From the IMG/VR virus record IMGVR_UViG_3300027920_000904: 64,000 nt of DNA; one strand, written 5' to 3'. This DNA is from a virus. Each line of letters begins with the position of its first letter. Within the stretch, counting starts at the first letter, position 1. A program made the translations under genes and the position numbers. This document shows, in pieces, positions 45,779-54,771 of the stretch. The notes under the pieces are model-generated. The model was not told where the DNA came from, ran no database searches, and saw only the letters and a program-made list of their open reading frames with translations.

Positions 45779-46335
45779 TGTTCTTTCCTGCGATCGTTCT
45801 CTTCCTGCGCCTGCTGGCGCCCGCCAGCGAGCTCAGCGCGTCGATCGCGCCGCTCAAGGACGCCAAGCACCTGAGCGAGGCCGAGCGGTTCGAGTACGCC
45901 TTCTACATCGTCGCTGCGGCGGAGCGGACCAAGCTCGACCCCTACCTGGTCGCCGCGGTGATGTGGCACGAGTCGCGCTTCCAGAAGGGGGTCAAGAGCC
46001 GGACGAAGGACTACGGCCTGATGCAGGTGCACTGGCAGAAGCTCAACCCCCAGATCGGCGAGACGTGGCTGATCGGGATGACGCCGGCGACGCTCATGGA
46101 TCCGATGGCGAACATCAACGCCGGCGCGACGCAGCTCGCGCACAAGCGCCGGTTCTGCCGCGGCAAGCGGCACGATCCCGAGGACCATCCTTGGTGGGCC
46201 CACTACAAGTGGGGTACCGTAGTGAAGTCCCCGTCTTACGGCGAAGCGGTCGGGAAGAAGTACAAGGCACTCCTCCGTAACCGTGGGAAGATCACGAAAC
46301 CACATCGCAGTCGAGGACCTCGTCCTACATCGTGA
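45778..46335 (+). CDS. soluble lytic transglycosylase (SLT) with hydrophobic N-terminus
   Basis: LVAAVMWHESRF, GLMQV, NINAGA, AHYKWG. Confidence 0.85.
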   Translation: MFFPAIVLFLRLLAPASELSASIAPLKDAKHLSEAERFEYAFYIVAAAERTKLDPYLVAAVMWHESRFQKGVKSRTKDYGLMQVHWQKLNPQIGETWLIGMTPATLMDPMANINAGATQLAHKRRFCRGKRHDPEDHPWWAHYKWGTVVKSPSYGEAVGKKYKALLRNRGKITKPHRSRGPRPTS

Positions 46336-46793
46336 ACGTCAAGCGGAAGCCCAACGTCGAGGCCGTGGAGCAGATCAAGGGGCGGCCCAGCCGCCTCTTG
46401 ACCTCCAAGTGCCCCGACTTGCGCTCCGTCTTTCCGTCCACGTCGTGCACGAACCTCGTCTGCGAGTACCGGATCAGAAGCGAGACGTACCTGAACTGCT
46501 CGTTCGTCGCTGCCACCGCTGAGGGCCCGTCCGGAGGGATGACGCTCGAAGCGATCGCCGAGATCATCGACGACGAGCCGATGACCCGGGAAGCCATCAG
46601 GCAGACCGAGAAGCGACTGCTCAGGAAGCTACGCGGGCTGATCGACGGTGAAGCTGATGAGCACTCCCCCGTACGTCAACCGCGTCCATCTCCAGGGCCA
46701 CGTCTCGTCTCATCCTGTCCAGAAGGCGATGAACGATCGGACGAACTTCACGATCTTCGAGCTCACCCTCGTCGAAAGCTGGGACAACGCTGA
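46332..46793 (+). CDS. sigma70 region-4-like HTH protein with N-terminal Cys cluster
   Basis: GMTLEAIAEI...TREAIRQTEKRLLRKL. Confidence 0.7.
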   Translation: MNVKRKPNVEAVEQIKGRPSRLLTSKCPDLRSVFPSTSCTNLVCEYRIRSETYLNCSFVAATAEGPSGGMTLEAIAEIIDDEPMTREAIRQTEKRLLRKLRGLIDGEADEHSPVRQPRPSPGPRLVSSCPEGDERSDELHDLRAHPRRKLGQR

Positions 46794-47001
46794 CGGCCAG
46801 CGCCGCGAGCGGAAGAACAAGGTGATCGTCGAGGTGGTGGGGCGCGACTCCGACATGGTGGTCGCGGCCGCGAAGGTAGGGCGGTGGGTGACGCTCGAGG
46901 GCTACATCCGGTCCGAGCTCTTCAAGGGCGAGGTGTTGATGAAGGTCCGCACGTTGTCGATCGAAGTCTGGGAGGCGCCCGTTGGAAGACACCCCAGCTG
47001 A
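46657..47001 (+). CDS. ssb: single-stranded DNA-binding protein (OB fold, no acidic tail)
   Basis: VNRVHLQGHV..P, VEVVG, KVG.WV.LEGYIRS. Confidence 0.75.
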   Translation: MSTPPYVNRVHLQGHVSSHPVQKAMNDRTNFTIFELTLVESWDNADGQRRERKNKVIVEVVGRDSDMVVAAAKVGRWVTLEGYIRSELFKGEVLMKVRTLSIEVWEAPVGRHPS

Positions 47002-47629
47002 CCTGATGCGCTCCCGCGCCGATGCGGCGATGCGCGCCCAGCTCGACGAAGCCCTCCCTGGCTTCACCGAGTATCTGAAGAACGACAGCAAGGCGGCCGG
47101 ATGGATCGCCGAGCAGGAGGCCAAGATCAAGCAGGCCGCGCAGGATGAAGATGGAATCCTGCTCGAGCGCGCGCTCGGGAGCTGGACGAAGGCCGTCGAG
47201 CGCGTCAACGAGATCCTCGCCGAGCGGTACCGGCAGGCGAATCCGGACGCCGCCGGCGACGGCTGGGAGCTCCGCTACGTGAAGTGGATGACCAAGGTGA
47301 AGTACATCCGCTTCGAGTGCCCGCTCGGCGAGTTCTACGTCGTGCCGAGGATGCCATCGCGGCGCCCGAAGGCGCCCCACTGGTACACCGTCGACGAGAT
47401 GCTCGACATGCTGCACCCGATGGTGGCGGAGACGATCAAGACCTTCGGCTCGCTGCCGGTGCGGCCGGACTCGTTGCCGGGTCCGGGCCCGAACGAGAAG
47501 CATCTACGCATCTACGCCACCGGCGCCGCGCCGCCCATCAAACCAAACGAAGAGCGAGCCTGGGGCGAAGGTCAGCTCACCTACGACTTCCAGGAAGGAG
47601 GGCGTCGTGGACGAAGGAACGTTCGTTGA
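46982..47629 (+). CDS. hypothetical protein (start uncertain)
   Basis: GGAGG SD before TTG 46982. Confidence 0.65.
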   Translation: MEDTPADLMRSRADAAMRAQLDEALPGFTEYLKNDSKAAGWIAEQEAKIKQAAQDEDGILLERALGSWTKAVERVNEILAERYRQANPDAAGDGWELRYVKWMTKVKYIRFECPLGEFYVVPRMPSRRPKAPHWYTVDEMLDMLHPMVAETIKTFGSLPVRPDSLPGPGPNEKHLRIYATGAAPPIKPNEERAWGEGQLTYDFQEGGRRGRRNVR

Positions 47630-48056
47630 TGGCCTGATGAAGACGATCGCGAAGATGTGGCCTGAGGCCACCGCGATGCGCATCGTCGATCGCTTCTCGC
47701 TCGGGATTCCAGACCTGATGGCCTGGATCCCGATGGGCGAGAAGTACCCGTGGTCGATCGCGATCGAGGCGAAGGCGATCGACCCGCTGATGCCGGACCC
47801 GTTTCACCGCGGCCGGCGTACCGGCCTGATGCTCAAGCACCCCTTCACCGGCCCACAGATCTCGACGCTGCGGAAGCTCAAGAAGTCCGGCGTGCTCGCG
47901 ATGGGGCTCGTCAGAGCATCCGACGACACTGCCTTCCGAATCCTACCTGACGACCTACCGGCAACGTCCGGCAACTTCACCCACGAGCAGATGCTCGAGA
48001 TCGGAACGGCGGTGCGTCGCCGGTCCGACGGGGTGTGGAACTTCTGGGGGCCATGA
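47607..48056 (+). CDS. PD-(D/E)XK nuclease, Holliday junction resolvase/VRR-NUC-like
   Basis: E..F, GIPDL, AIEAK, Q...L. Confidence 0.7.
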   Translation: MDEGTFVDGLMKTIAKMWPEATAMRIVDRFSLGIPDLMAWIPMGEKYPWSIAIEAKAIDPLMPDPFHRGRRTGLMLKHPFTGPQISTLRKLKKSGVLAMGLVRASDDTAFRILPDDLPATSGNFTHEQMLEIGTAVRRRSDGVWNFWGP

Positions 48057-48964
48057 TGACCAAGTACCTGGTGCACGACATCGAGACCATTCCCGAGACC
48101 GAGCTCAAGGCGGAGTGGGAGGTCGACGCGGAGAAGCAGCGCGCCAAGGGCGTCGCGGACCCGTTCCCGGGGATCGCCTACCACAAGGTGATCTGCATCG
48201 GGATGCTCACGCTCGACCGCGACCTCAAGCCCGTGAAGTCGGGGTGTGCCGAGGGCGGCGTCGCCGGCGGCAAGAGCGAGAAGGAGATGATCGAGAAGTG
48301 GAACAAGGTCGCGTGGGGCGGCGGCGGGACGGGCACGCAACTCCACCTGGTCGACTGGCACGGCCGCGGCTTCGACGTCCCCGTGCTGCAGACACGCGCC
48401 TTCCGCTACGGCATTCCGCTGCCCTGGTACTTCGGCTTGCTGCCGGACAACCGGGGGACGATCTCGTCCTTCTCGAAGGAGTATCGCGATCGCTACGGCG
48501 GCCGCCACGAGGACCTGGCCGAGTACTGGACCAACCGCGGCGCGTTCGCGCGGCCGCGCATGGCGAGCCTGGCCAAGCTGATCGGCCTGCCCGGCAAGAC
48601 CGGTGTCGACGGCAGCAAGGTCTACGACCTGTGGAAGGACTTCCGCCGCCACCTCGGGTACGCCACCGAGGACGGATCGCATCACGTGCGGGATGGGCAG
48701 ATGACGGAGGCCGAGCTGCTCGTCGCGCAGGAGAAGCACCGAGAGGTCGCGCTCGAGGTGGCGAAGCAGATCGACACCTACTGCATGCAGGACGTCTTCC
48801 AGACCGCGTTCATCCTGCAGCGCACCAGGTACCTTGCCGGCGACGTCGAGCTCGACGCCTACAGGGAGGCCGCGCGCGCCCTCTACGACCACATCGCGGC
48901 CATCCCCGACCAGGCGGACTTCGCCAAGGGCGTGGATCTTCCCTCGCTGTTGCTGGAGTCGTAG
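48053..48964 (+). CDS. stand-alone PolB-like DEDD 3'-5' exonuclease
   Basis: ExoI VHDIET, ExoII WHGRGFDVPVL, ExoIII YCMQDV. Confidence 0.85.
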   Translation: MMTKYLVHDIETIPETELKAEWEVDAEKQRAKGVADPFPGIAYHKVICIGMLTLDRDLKPVKSGCAEGGVAGGKSEKEMIEKWNKVAWGGGGTGTQLHLVDWHGRGFDVPVLQTRAFRYGIPLPWYFGLLPDNRGTISSFSKEYRDRYGGRHEDLAEYWTNRGAFARPRMASLAKLIGLPGKTGVDGSKVYDLWKDFRRHLGYATEDGSHHVRDGQMTEAELLVAQEKHREVALEVAKQIDTYCMQDVFQTAFILQRTRYLAGDVELDAYREAARALYDHIAAIPDQADFAKGVDLPSLLLES

Positions 48965-48975
48965 TATCGAGGGCG

Positions 48976-49329
48976 ATGCCCACCCTGACGATCCAAGGAA
49001 CCATCGCCTTCCCGCTGGGTGCCGAGGCGACGCCGCCCTCTCGCCCGTTCAAGTACGAGCTCGTGTACACCGAGAAGGTGGCGCAGGACTTCGTCTTCAA
49101 CGGGGCAGAGATCGGCGTCGACCTGATGGGCCACATCGGCGACGCCAAGGCCGCCTACCTCGAGGTGGTGGCCGGCAGCGTCGAGGTGTTCATCAACGGC
49201 GCCGAGGAGTCGATCGAGCTCTCGGTCGACGGCGGTCAGTGGATCTGGGGGAACCCGAACGGCGGCCTGACGGTGCTGAACGCGACCACGGCCGACGACG
49301 CGCGCATGCGCGTCTACCTGTTCGCCTGA
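48976..49329 (+). CDS. hypothetical beta-rich, possibly virion, protein
   Basis: Codon bias; beta-strand pattern. Confidence 0.65.
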   Translation: MPTLTIQGTIAFPLGAEATPPSRPFKYELVYTEKVAQDFVFNGAEIGVDLMGHIGDAKAAYLEVVAGSVEVFINGAEESIELSVDGGQWIWGNPNGGLTVLNATTADDARMRVYLFA

Positions 49330-49355
49330 CGCCGGCCTTCTTTCTTAGCCGTCAC

Positions 49356-49384
49356 TTGACGGAAAAATGTTTCCTCCGTACGGT
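49356..49384 (+). promoter_or_regulatory. sigma70 promoter (leaderless)
   Basis: TTGACG-17-TACGGT, ATG 5 nt downstream, AT-rich spacer. Confidence 0.6.
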
Positions 49385-49389
49385 GGGGC

Positions 49390-49893
49390 ATGTCCCGCCT
49401 GTTCGACGCCGGCGCGCGCGAGCGCAAGACCTCTGACGAGCGCCGATCGCGAGACGATGTCCGCCGGCGCGCCGAGGAGATCGACCGGGTGCTGCAGGAG
49501 ACGCAGCTCGTCGACGCCGCGGCGGACAAGATGGCGGCGCGGCTGCGCACGCAGCAGACCTCGGTCCAGTCGGTGGTCTACGCCTCCTACCGGGTGCCGG
49601 GATCGAAGTGGACGATCGAGCACGCCCGCGCCGGCGACGACTACATCTTCCAGCTCTTCCCGCTGAAGCCGCCGAAGATCGAGTGGAACGACGTCATCCT
49701 GGCGATGATCGCCACGATGGACTCGATCTTCCCCCGGAGCATGAAGATCGTCTACCGCCCGCCCCGCGAGGACTACAAGATCCAGTTCTTCACCGTCACG
49801 GTGGAGAAGGTCGTCGGGCAGCCTGGCTGGGAACGAGCCTGCAAGGAGCGCGCGCTTCATGGCCTCTCGCAGATCAACGCCTGGCCCCTCTAG
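49390..49893 (+). CDS. hypothetical protein
   Basis: Codon bias; follows promoter. Confidence 0.7.
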   Translation: MSRLFDAGARERKTSDERRSRDDVRRRAEEIDRVLQETQLVDAAADKMAARLRTQQTSVQSVVYASYRVPGSKWTIEHARAGDDYIFQLFPLKPPKIEWNDVILAMIATMDSIFPRSMKIVYRPPREDYKIQFFTVTVEKVVGQPGWERACKERALHGLSQINAWPL

Positions 49894-49918
49894 CTTCCGC
49901 GGTCCGGCGGCCTGGGGC

Positions 49919-50146
49919 GTGGAGGTCCGCGCCCCCAGAAGCCGCCGCTGGACCCTCCTGACCAAGCCTGGGCGAGAGGAACCTCTGGCGACATCGTTGG
50001 CCCACGCTCGGGCCTGGGCGGCCGACTGGACCGCCCGGGGCTGCAAGGCCCGCCTGGTGGAGCTCCAGCGGTCCCGGGGAGGCGGCTTCCGACCGCGGCC
50101 GCCGGCGCCACCGCCGGTCATCCCAGGCCAGCTGGCGCTCTTCTAG
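49919..50146 (+). CDS. small basic protein ending in a beta-clamp-binding-like motif (start uncertain)
   Basis: C-terminus IPGQLALF*. Confidence 0.5.
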   Translation: MEVRAPRSRRWTLLTKPGREEPLATSLAHARAWAADWTARGCKARLVELQRSRGGGFRPRPPAPPPVIPGQLALF

Positions 50147-50442
50147 CGCCGCTTGGCCGCGTGCATGCGCCCCAACGCCTTCAGCAGCACGCCAGCTAGG
50201 AGGCCGCCGCCGACGCCCTTGGCGAGCGCCCCGGTCATGGTGCCCTCGGGTCCGTCGTAGGGGTTGCCGGTGAGGGCGGCCTTGGCCTTGGATGCGCCGT
50301 GGACGGCGCCCGAGCTCAGCGCGCCGGTGACCGCCAGCCGCTCGAGCAGCCGGTCTGGCCGCGGCGCCAGGAAGCTGGCGGTCTTCCGCAGCGCCGGCGT
50401 CGCGGTCTTCAGGAGCTCGTCAGCGAAGGCCTTGCGGTCCAT
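50143..50442 (-). CDS. small virion/internal head protein
   Basis: N-terminal AFADELLKTA...RKTAS; Gly/Ala-rich hydrophobic segments. Confidence 0.65.
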   Translation of the reverse strand: MDRKAFADELLKTATPALRKTASFLAPRPDRLLERLAVTGALSSGAVHGASKAKAALTGNPYDGPEGTMTGALAKGVGGGLLAGVLLKALGRMHAAKRR

Positions 50443-50446
50443 CGGG

Positions 50447-51232
50447 TCACTGGTTCGCGTAGAGGGGCTGGCCGGCGCCGGCGAGCTGCATGCGGATCGG
50501 GCGGAGCTGCTCGAACTGCAGCGAGACGCCCTCCATCAGCAGGACCGAGCCCGAGGAGATCGAGAGCTGGTGGCCCTGGATGTAGCACTCCTCGAGGTAG
50601 ACCGCGCCGACGGTCATGTCGAGCTGGTTGCGGAAGTAGATCGCGATGCCGGTGGGCTGGTTGAAGATGTCCGACGCCAGGTTGAGCCACAGGTCGTCGT
50701 AGCCCGGGTTGAACTTCACCCGGTGCAGCTGCTGCTGCAGCGTCGGCAGCTCGAGGAGCGTGGCGTTCGGATCGGGGACCTGGACGCCGCCGATGTTGAC
50801 CGTCGCCCCCTTCCCCTTGTGGTTGAACTTGAGGTCGCCGGCCGACTGCTTGTAGTGCGCGTACAGCGCCTTCATCAGCGACGGGCCGTGGTAGAGCACG
50901 CGACCGAGGGTCACCGACCCGATCGTGCGCCCGGGGATGAAGTAGCTGCGGTTCGAGCCGATCTCGAAGATCCGCTGCAGCTGCTTCGACTGCGAGAGGC
51001 CGACGTTCTCGAGGACGCCGATCGGGAAGACCATGTCCCCCTCGTCGGCGACGTCGATCGTCCCGTCGTCGGCGCCGGCGCCGGCGGTGATGTCCGACAG
51101 GCGCGGCGGCCCGGCGGCGATGAGCGTCGTCTCGGCGGAGACGAACTCACCGCCGAGCAGCTCGGCCTGGACGTGGTGGTTGTGGAAGTCCCAGTTGTTG
51201 AAGGACGTGGTGGCTGCGGGGCGAAGGGGCAT
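50447..51232 (-). CDS. tail tube protein
   Basis: Immediately downstream of sheath; PIGVLEN..SQ..RIFEIGS..YFIPG, YLEECYI. Confidence 0.7.
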   Translation of the reverse strand: MPLRPAATTSFNNWDFHNHHVQAELLGGEFVSAETTLIAAGPPRLSDITAGAGADDGTIDVADEGDMVFPIGVLENVGLSQSKQLQRIFEIGSNRSYFIPGRTIGSVTLGRVLYHGPSLMKALYAHYKQSAGDLKFNHKGKGATVNIGGVQVPDPNATLLELPTLQQQLHRVKFNPGYDDLWLNLASDIFNQPTGIAIYFRNQLDMTVGAVYLEECYIQGHQLSISSGSVLLMEGVSLQFEQLRPIRMQLAGAGQPLYANQ

Positions 51233-51261
51233 CGGCGTGTCTCCTTACCGGGACCGGTCCA

Positions 51262-54084
51262 TCAGACCAGGAGGGTCAGCTTGATGTTGTTGAGCGGCAG
51301 GGGGACGTCGATCTCGATGTCGATCTCGACGGTGTCCGGCTGGCTCGAGGACTCCTCGATCCGGGCCATCTGGCCGCTGCGCAGCGGCGCCCCCACGCGC
51401 GGCGCGCGCTGGTTCTTCAGGAACGTCAGCCCGCCCTCGCCACGGGTCTTCAGCAGGTCGAGCACCGTGTCGGTGATGTTGTAGATGCCCAGGAACGGCT
51501 TGTAGAGCCCGCGGAAGAACCGCGCGATCAGGTCCACGTTCTTGGTGACCGAGTACTCCTGGAAGTAGATCGTGCTCAGGTCGGTGGTCAGCTGGTGGCG
51601 GATCGACAGCGCCGCCCCCACCACCGGCTGGACGAACACCATGTTGCCGCCGCCGGCGATGACGTCGAGCTGGGTGTCGGAGAACTTGTCGTCCGAGTTC
51701 TCGCGGCCGACGAACCCCGTGACGGAGAGGTTGGTCAGGCCCGCCTGGCTCGGCAGACCGGCGGTGATGCCGGCGATCACGGCGCCGGCGTAGTAGCCGG
51801 GCACCGGCGTCGCCACGCTGTTGATCGAGACCGCGAGGACGTCGGGCCAGGTGTGAACGCACCGCCTCGAGGCGAACGAGGTGGCGTAGCCGGCGAGCAG
51901 CTCGGCCTGCTCGGTGAGGCTGAGGTCCCGGGTGATCCGGTACTCGACGTCCTCGATGGTGCCGCCGAAGCCGGCCGTCGGGTCGGACGCCAGCGTGAGC
52001 TGCGTCTCCGAGACGACCGCGGCGATCTCGTGCCGGGTGCCGAGGATGTACTCGTCCTCGTCGGTCGAGGTGTCGACCGAGACGACGTCGAGGACCGTCA
52101 GCGTCGGCGTGTCGAGGCCGTTGAACTCCTCGTCGACGGGGGTCGTGGTGTTGTCGGTCTTCACCTGGGTGGGCGAGATGACCGACTCGATCACGTGGTC
52201 GTCGTTGTTGGCGCCGTTGGTGGCACCGGCGACGCGGAGCACGCGGCCGACGTCGGACGCGGTGAACGCCGCGTTGAGGACGGTCCAGATGCGGGAGGTC
52301 GCATCGACGCTGTCGGCGCTGACGTCGCGGCCCGGCTCGCGGTTGATGCCGTAGACCGCCTGGGTGACGCCGCCGCCGAACGTCTCGTTGCTGCCGGGCT
52401 CCTCGACCGTGGTGATCTGGGTGCCGCTCACCACCGAGCCGATGGTGAACGCGCCGTTGTTGTCGGCGTCGGCCGCGCCGCGCACGAACAGCAGCCGGCC
52501 GACGTCGGCCGCCGTGAACGCGCCGTTGACGAACGACCAGGTCTTGGTCGCCGCCACGACGGCATCGGCCGCGTTGTGCGCGACCTCGCGGTTGAGGTCG
52601 GCGACCCACGCGCGCGCGGTGGACGGCAGTACCTCGTCGGTGTCCGGCTCCGGCGTGACAACCACGCGGGCCGAGCTGGTGATCGCGGTGATCTCGTACT
52701 CGACGTCGTTCAGTGCCGTGGTCGCCCCGTCGACGATGACGAACCGGCCGACGTCGCCGCCGACGAACGCGCCAGCGGTGAGCTGGATCGTGTCGGGGTT
52801 GATGCCGAACCAGTCGCGCTCGTTCGGCGTCACCGAGCGGTGCACGCCCTCGACCGCGACGTAGTCGGTGATCTCGAGGAAGTGGCCGACGTTGACGTCG
52901 TCGGTGATGAAGGTCCCGTTGGTCGGGTCCTTGAACGTCAGGTTGGTCGCGCCGCTCGTGCCGTTGTCCGCGCCGGCGGACGTCTCGGTCCCCAGGCCGC
53001 TGGCGGGCACCACGACCTCGAGCTCGACGAGCTTCCGGTTGAACATGCACACGCGCTCGCGGCCGACGGTCGAGAGGGACATCCCCTCGACGTGGGCCTT
53101 CGCGAGCTGGTGCACCGCGGTGTTGTGGGTGAGGACGGCGATCGCGTAGACGTCCTTCGCCTCGAGGAACTCGAGCGCGTCCTGGAAGGACTGCTCCTCG
53201 TTGTCGAAGAAGTCCTCGCCCAGGCCGGTGAAGTTGACCTCGGTGGTCGTGTTCTGCAGCGCGAGGTTCACGCCGTAGGCGCCGATGTTCGACGGCACGA
53301 CCGCGCCGACGCCGAAGACCGCCTCGAGCGAGTCGAGGTCGGTGAAGACCGACAGGGTGTTCGCCAGGTCCGGGCGCAGCGCGCGCCACGCCAGGACGAC
53401 GTTGCCCTCGACGACGTCGAGCGGCGTGGTGTCGGTGACCGACTGGAGGCCGGCGGAGATCGCCACGCCGGCGGCGCCCGGGACGATGCCGTTCGCGGCG
53501 TACGAGGAGGGCGGGTAGACCTCCTCCTCGCGGAACTCGAGCACGCGGTAGACGACGTTCGAGAGCGGCAGGCCACCGCTCTGCCACTCGGCCGCCACGA
53601 TCAGCTCGTTGTCGCTGTTCTTGCCGATGACCAGCTTCCGGCCGACGTCGGCCGGGTCGAGACCGCCACCGGAGATGATGTCGACGTAGAACGTCGGGGC
53701 GCCGGCGGCGTCGGGGTCGAACGACGAGAAGGCGCCGGTGGTCGGATCCTGGAAGAGGTTCTGGGTGGCCAGGCGACCGGTGATCGCCTGGGCCTTCTTC
53801 ACCAGGTAGACGTCGGTGAGCGACACGCCGACCGGCTTGTGAGCGTTCGCCTCGGCGTCGGTGCTGGGCACGGCCGAGATGTCGACGACGGCGCCGGTCT
53901 CGAGGCCGGTGTACGCGTAGGTCACCGTGCCGAGCTCGTCCTCGTCGTAGATCCCGGCGACGACGTCGTCCTTGACCTGGAACCCCGGGCCCACGACGCA
54001 CGCCGGCAGGCTGGGGAGAGCCAGGGCGACAGCGGCGTCCTGGAACTCCTGGATGACTTCGATTGCAGGGCGGCGGTAGGCCAT
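51262..54084 (-). CDS. contractile tail sheath protein
   Basis: N-terminal YRRPAIEVIQE..CVVGP; sheath-like C-terminus IRHQLTTD..E.S..KNVD..VPLPLNNIKLTL. Confidence 0.85.
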   Translation of the reverse strand: MAYRRPAIEVIQEFQDAAVALALPSLPACVVGPGFQVKDDVVAGIYDEDELGTVTYAYTGLETGAVVDISAVPSTDAEANAHKPVGVSLTDVYLVKKAQAITGRLATQNLFQDPTTGAFSSFDPDAAGAPTFYVDIISGGGLDPADVGRKLVIGKNSDNELIVAAEWQSGGLPLSNVVYRVLEFREEEVYPPSSYAANGIVPGAAGVAISAGLQSVTDTTPLDVVEGNVVLAWRALRPDLANTLSVFTDLDSLEAVFGVGAVVPSNIGAYGVNLALQNTTTEVNFTGLGEDFFDNEEQSFQDALEFLEAKDVYAIAVLTHNTAVHQLAKAHVEGMSLSTVGRERVCMFNRKLVELEVVVPASGLGTETSAGADNGTSGATNLTFKDPTNGTFITDDVNVGHFLEITDYVAVEGVHRSVTPNERDWFGINPDTIQLTAGAFVGGDVGRFVIVDGATTALNDVEYEITAITSSARVVVTPEPDTDEVLPSTARAWVADLNREVAHNAADAVVAATKTWSFVNGAFTAADVGRLLFVRGAADADNNGAFTIGSVVSGTQITTVEEPGSNETFGGGVTQAVYGINREPGRDVSADSVDATSRIWTVLNAAFTASDVGRVLRVAGATNGANNDDHVIESVISPTQVKTDNTTTPVDEEFNGLDTPTLTVLDVVSVDTSTDEDEYILGTRHEIAAVVSETQLTLASDPTAGFGGTIEDVEYRITRDLSLTEQAELLAGYATSFASRRCVHTWPDVLAVSINSVATPVPGYYAGAVIAGITAGLPSQAGLTNLSVTGFVGRENSDDKFSDTQLDVIAGGGNMVFVQPVVGAALSIRHQLTTDLSTIYFQEYSVTKNVDLIARFFRGLYKPFLGIYNITDTVLDLLKTRGEGGLTFLKNQRAPRVGAPLRSGQMARIEESSSQPDTVEIDIEIDVPLPLNNIKLTLLV

Positions 54085-54108
54085 CGAACGTTCCTCCTGA
54101 TGCGCGTG

Positions 54109-54771
54109 CTACGGGGTGCTTGTCCGAACTTCGACGGTGCGCAGCTTCTGCTTGCCTTGCGGCTCGACGCTCCAGCGTCGTTGAACTCGTGCTTGGATCG
54201 CAACCGGGACCACGGAGATCTCGGGTCGAACACCCCCCTTGACGAGGGCTTCTTCTCCCATCTGGGCGGCTTCGATCCTGAAGAAGCCCAGGTGGGACGC
54301 CCGCATGATACCGCGACTGGCCAAATTCCGCAGGACGTCGCGCAGGGCTTGGAAGCTCTCGAACAGGTAGCCCGCGATGGCCTCGGCCTCCTCGCCGCTG
54401 CGCGAGAAGCAGGACAGGACCAGGCTGCCGGTCACCAGATCCGTATAGGTCCGGCGCCCGGAGCGGAGGTCTTCGTGCTGCAGCTGGCGGAACCCCGAGG
54501 TCCTTCCCCACGCCAGGGGGCCGCGGTTGGCGACGATCGCTGGTGTGGTGCCGACCCGCCCCAGGTTGAACGAGTACTTGTCGCAGATCGTGATCTGCGT
54601 CTTTTCTTCCTCGGCGGACCACACCAGGTCGCCGAGGGGGTTGCCTTCGTAGAACAGGAGCTGGGCCACCTCGAGGCCGAACCCCTTGATGACCTGGTGC
54701 GGCCAGACGTAGCGGCGCTCGTCGTCGTGCAGGCTGCGCGCGTTGTCCTGCTGCGGTACCGGCTCGCTCAC
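54109..54771 (-). CDS. tail terminator/completion protein
   Basis: Position upstream of sheath; PAIVANRG..CFSR..EAE.IA. Confidence 0.55.
   Translation of the reverse strand: MSEPVPQQDNARSLHDDERRYVWPHQVIKGFGLEVAQLLFYEGNPLGDLVWSAEEEKTQITICDKYSFNLGRVGTTPAIVANRGPLAWGRTSGFRQLQHEDLRSGRRTYTDLVTGSLVLSCFSRSGEEAEAIAGYLFESFQALRDVLRNLASRGIMRASHLGFFRIEAAQMGEEALVKGGVRPEISVVPVAIQARVQRRWSVEPQGKQKLRTVEVRTSTP

Noticed and set aside
50447..54084. Sheath/tube as a T6SS, eCIS or tailocin
   Set aside because: Contiguous with capsid, protease and neck genes, so part of a complete phage virion module
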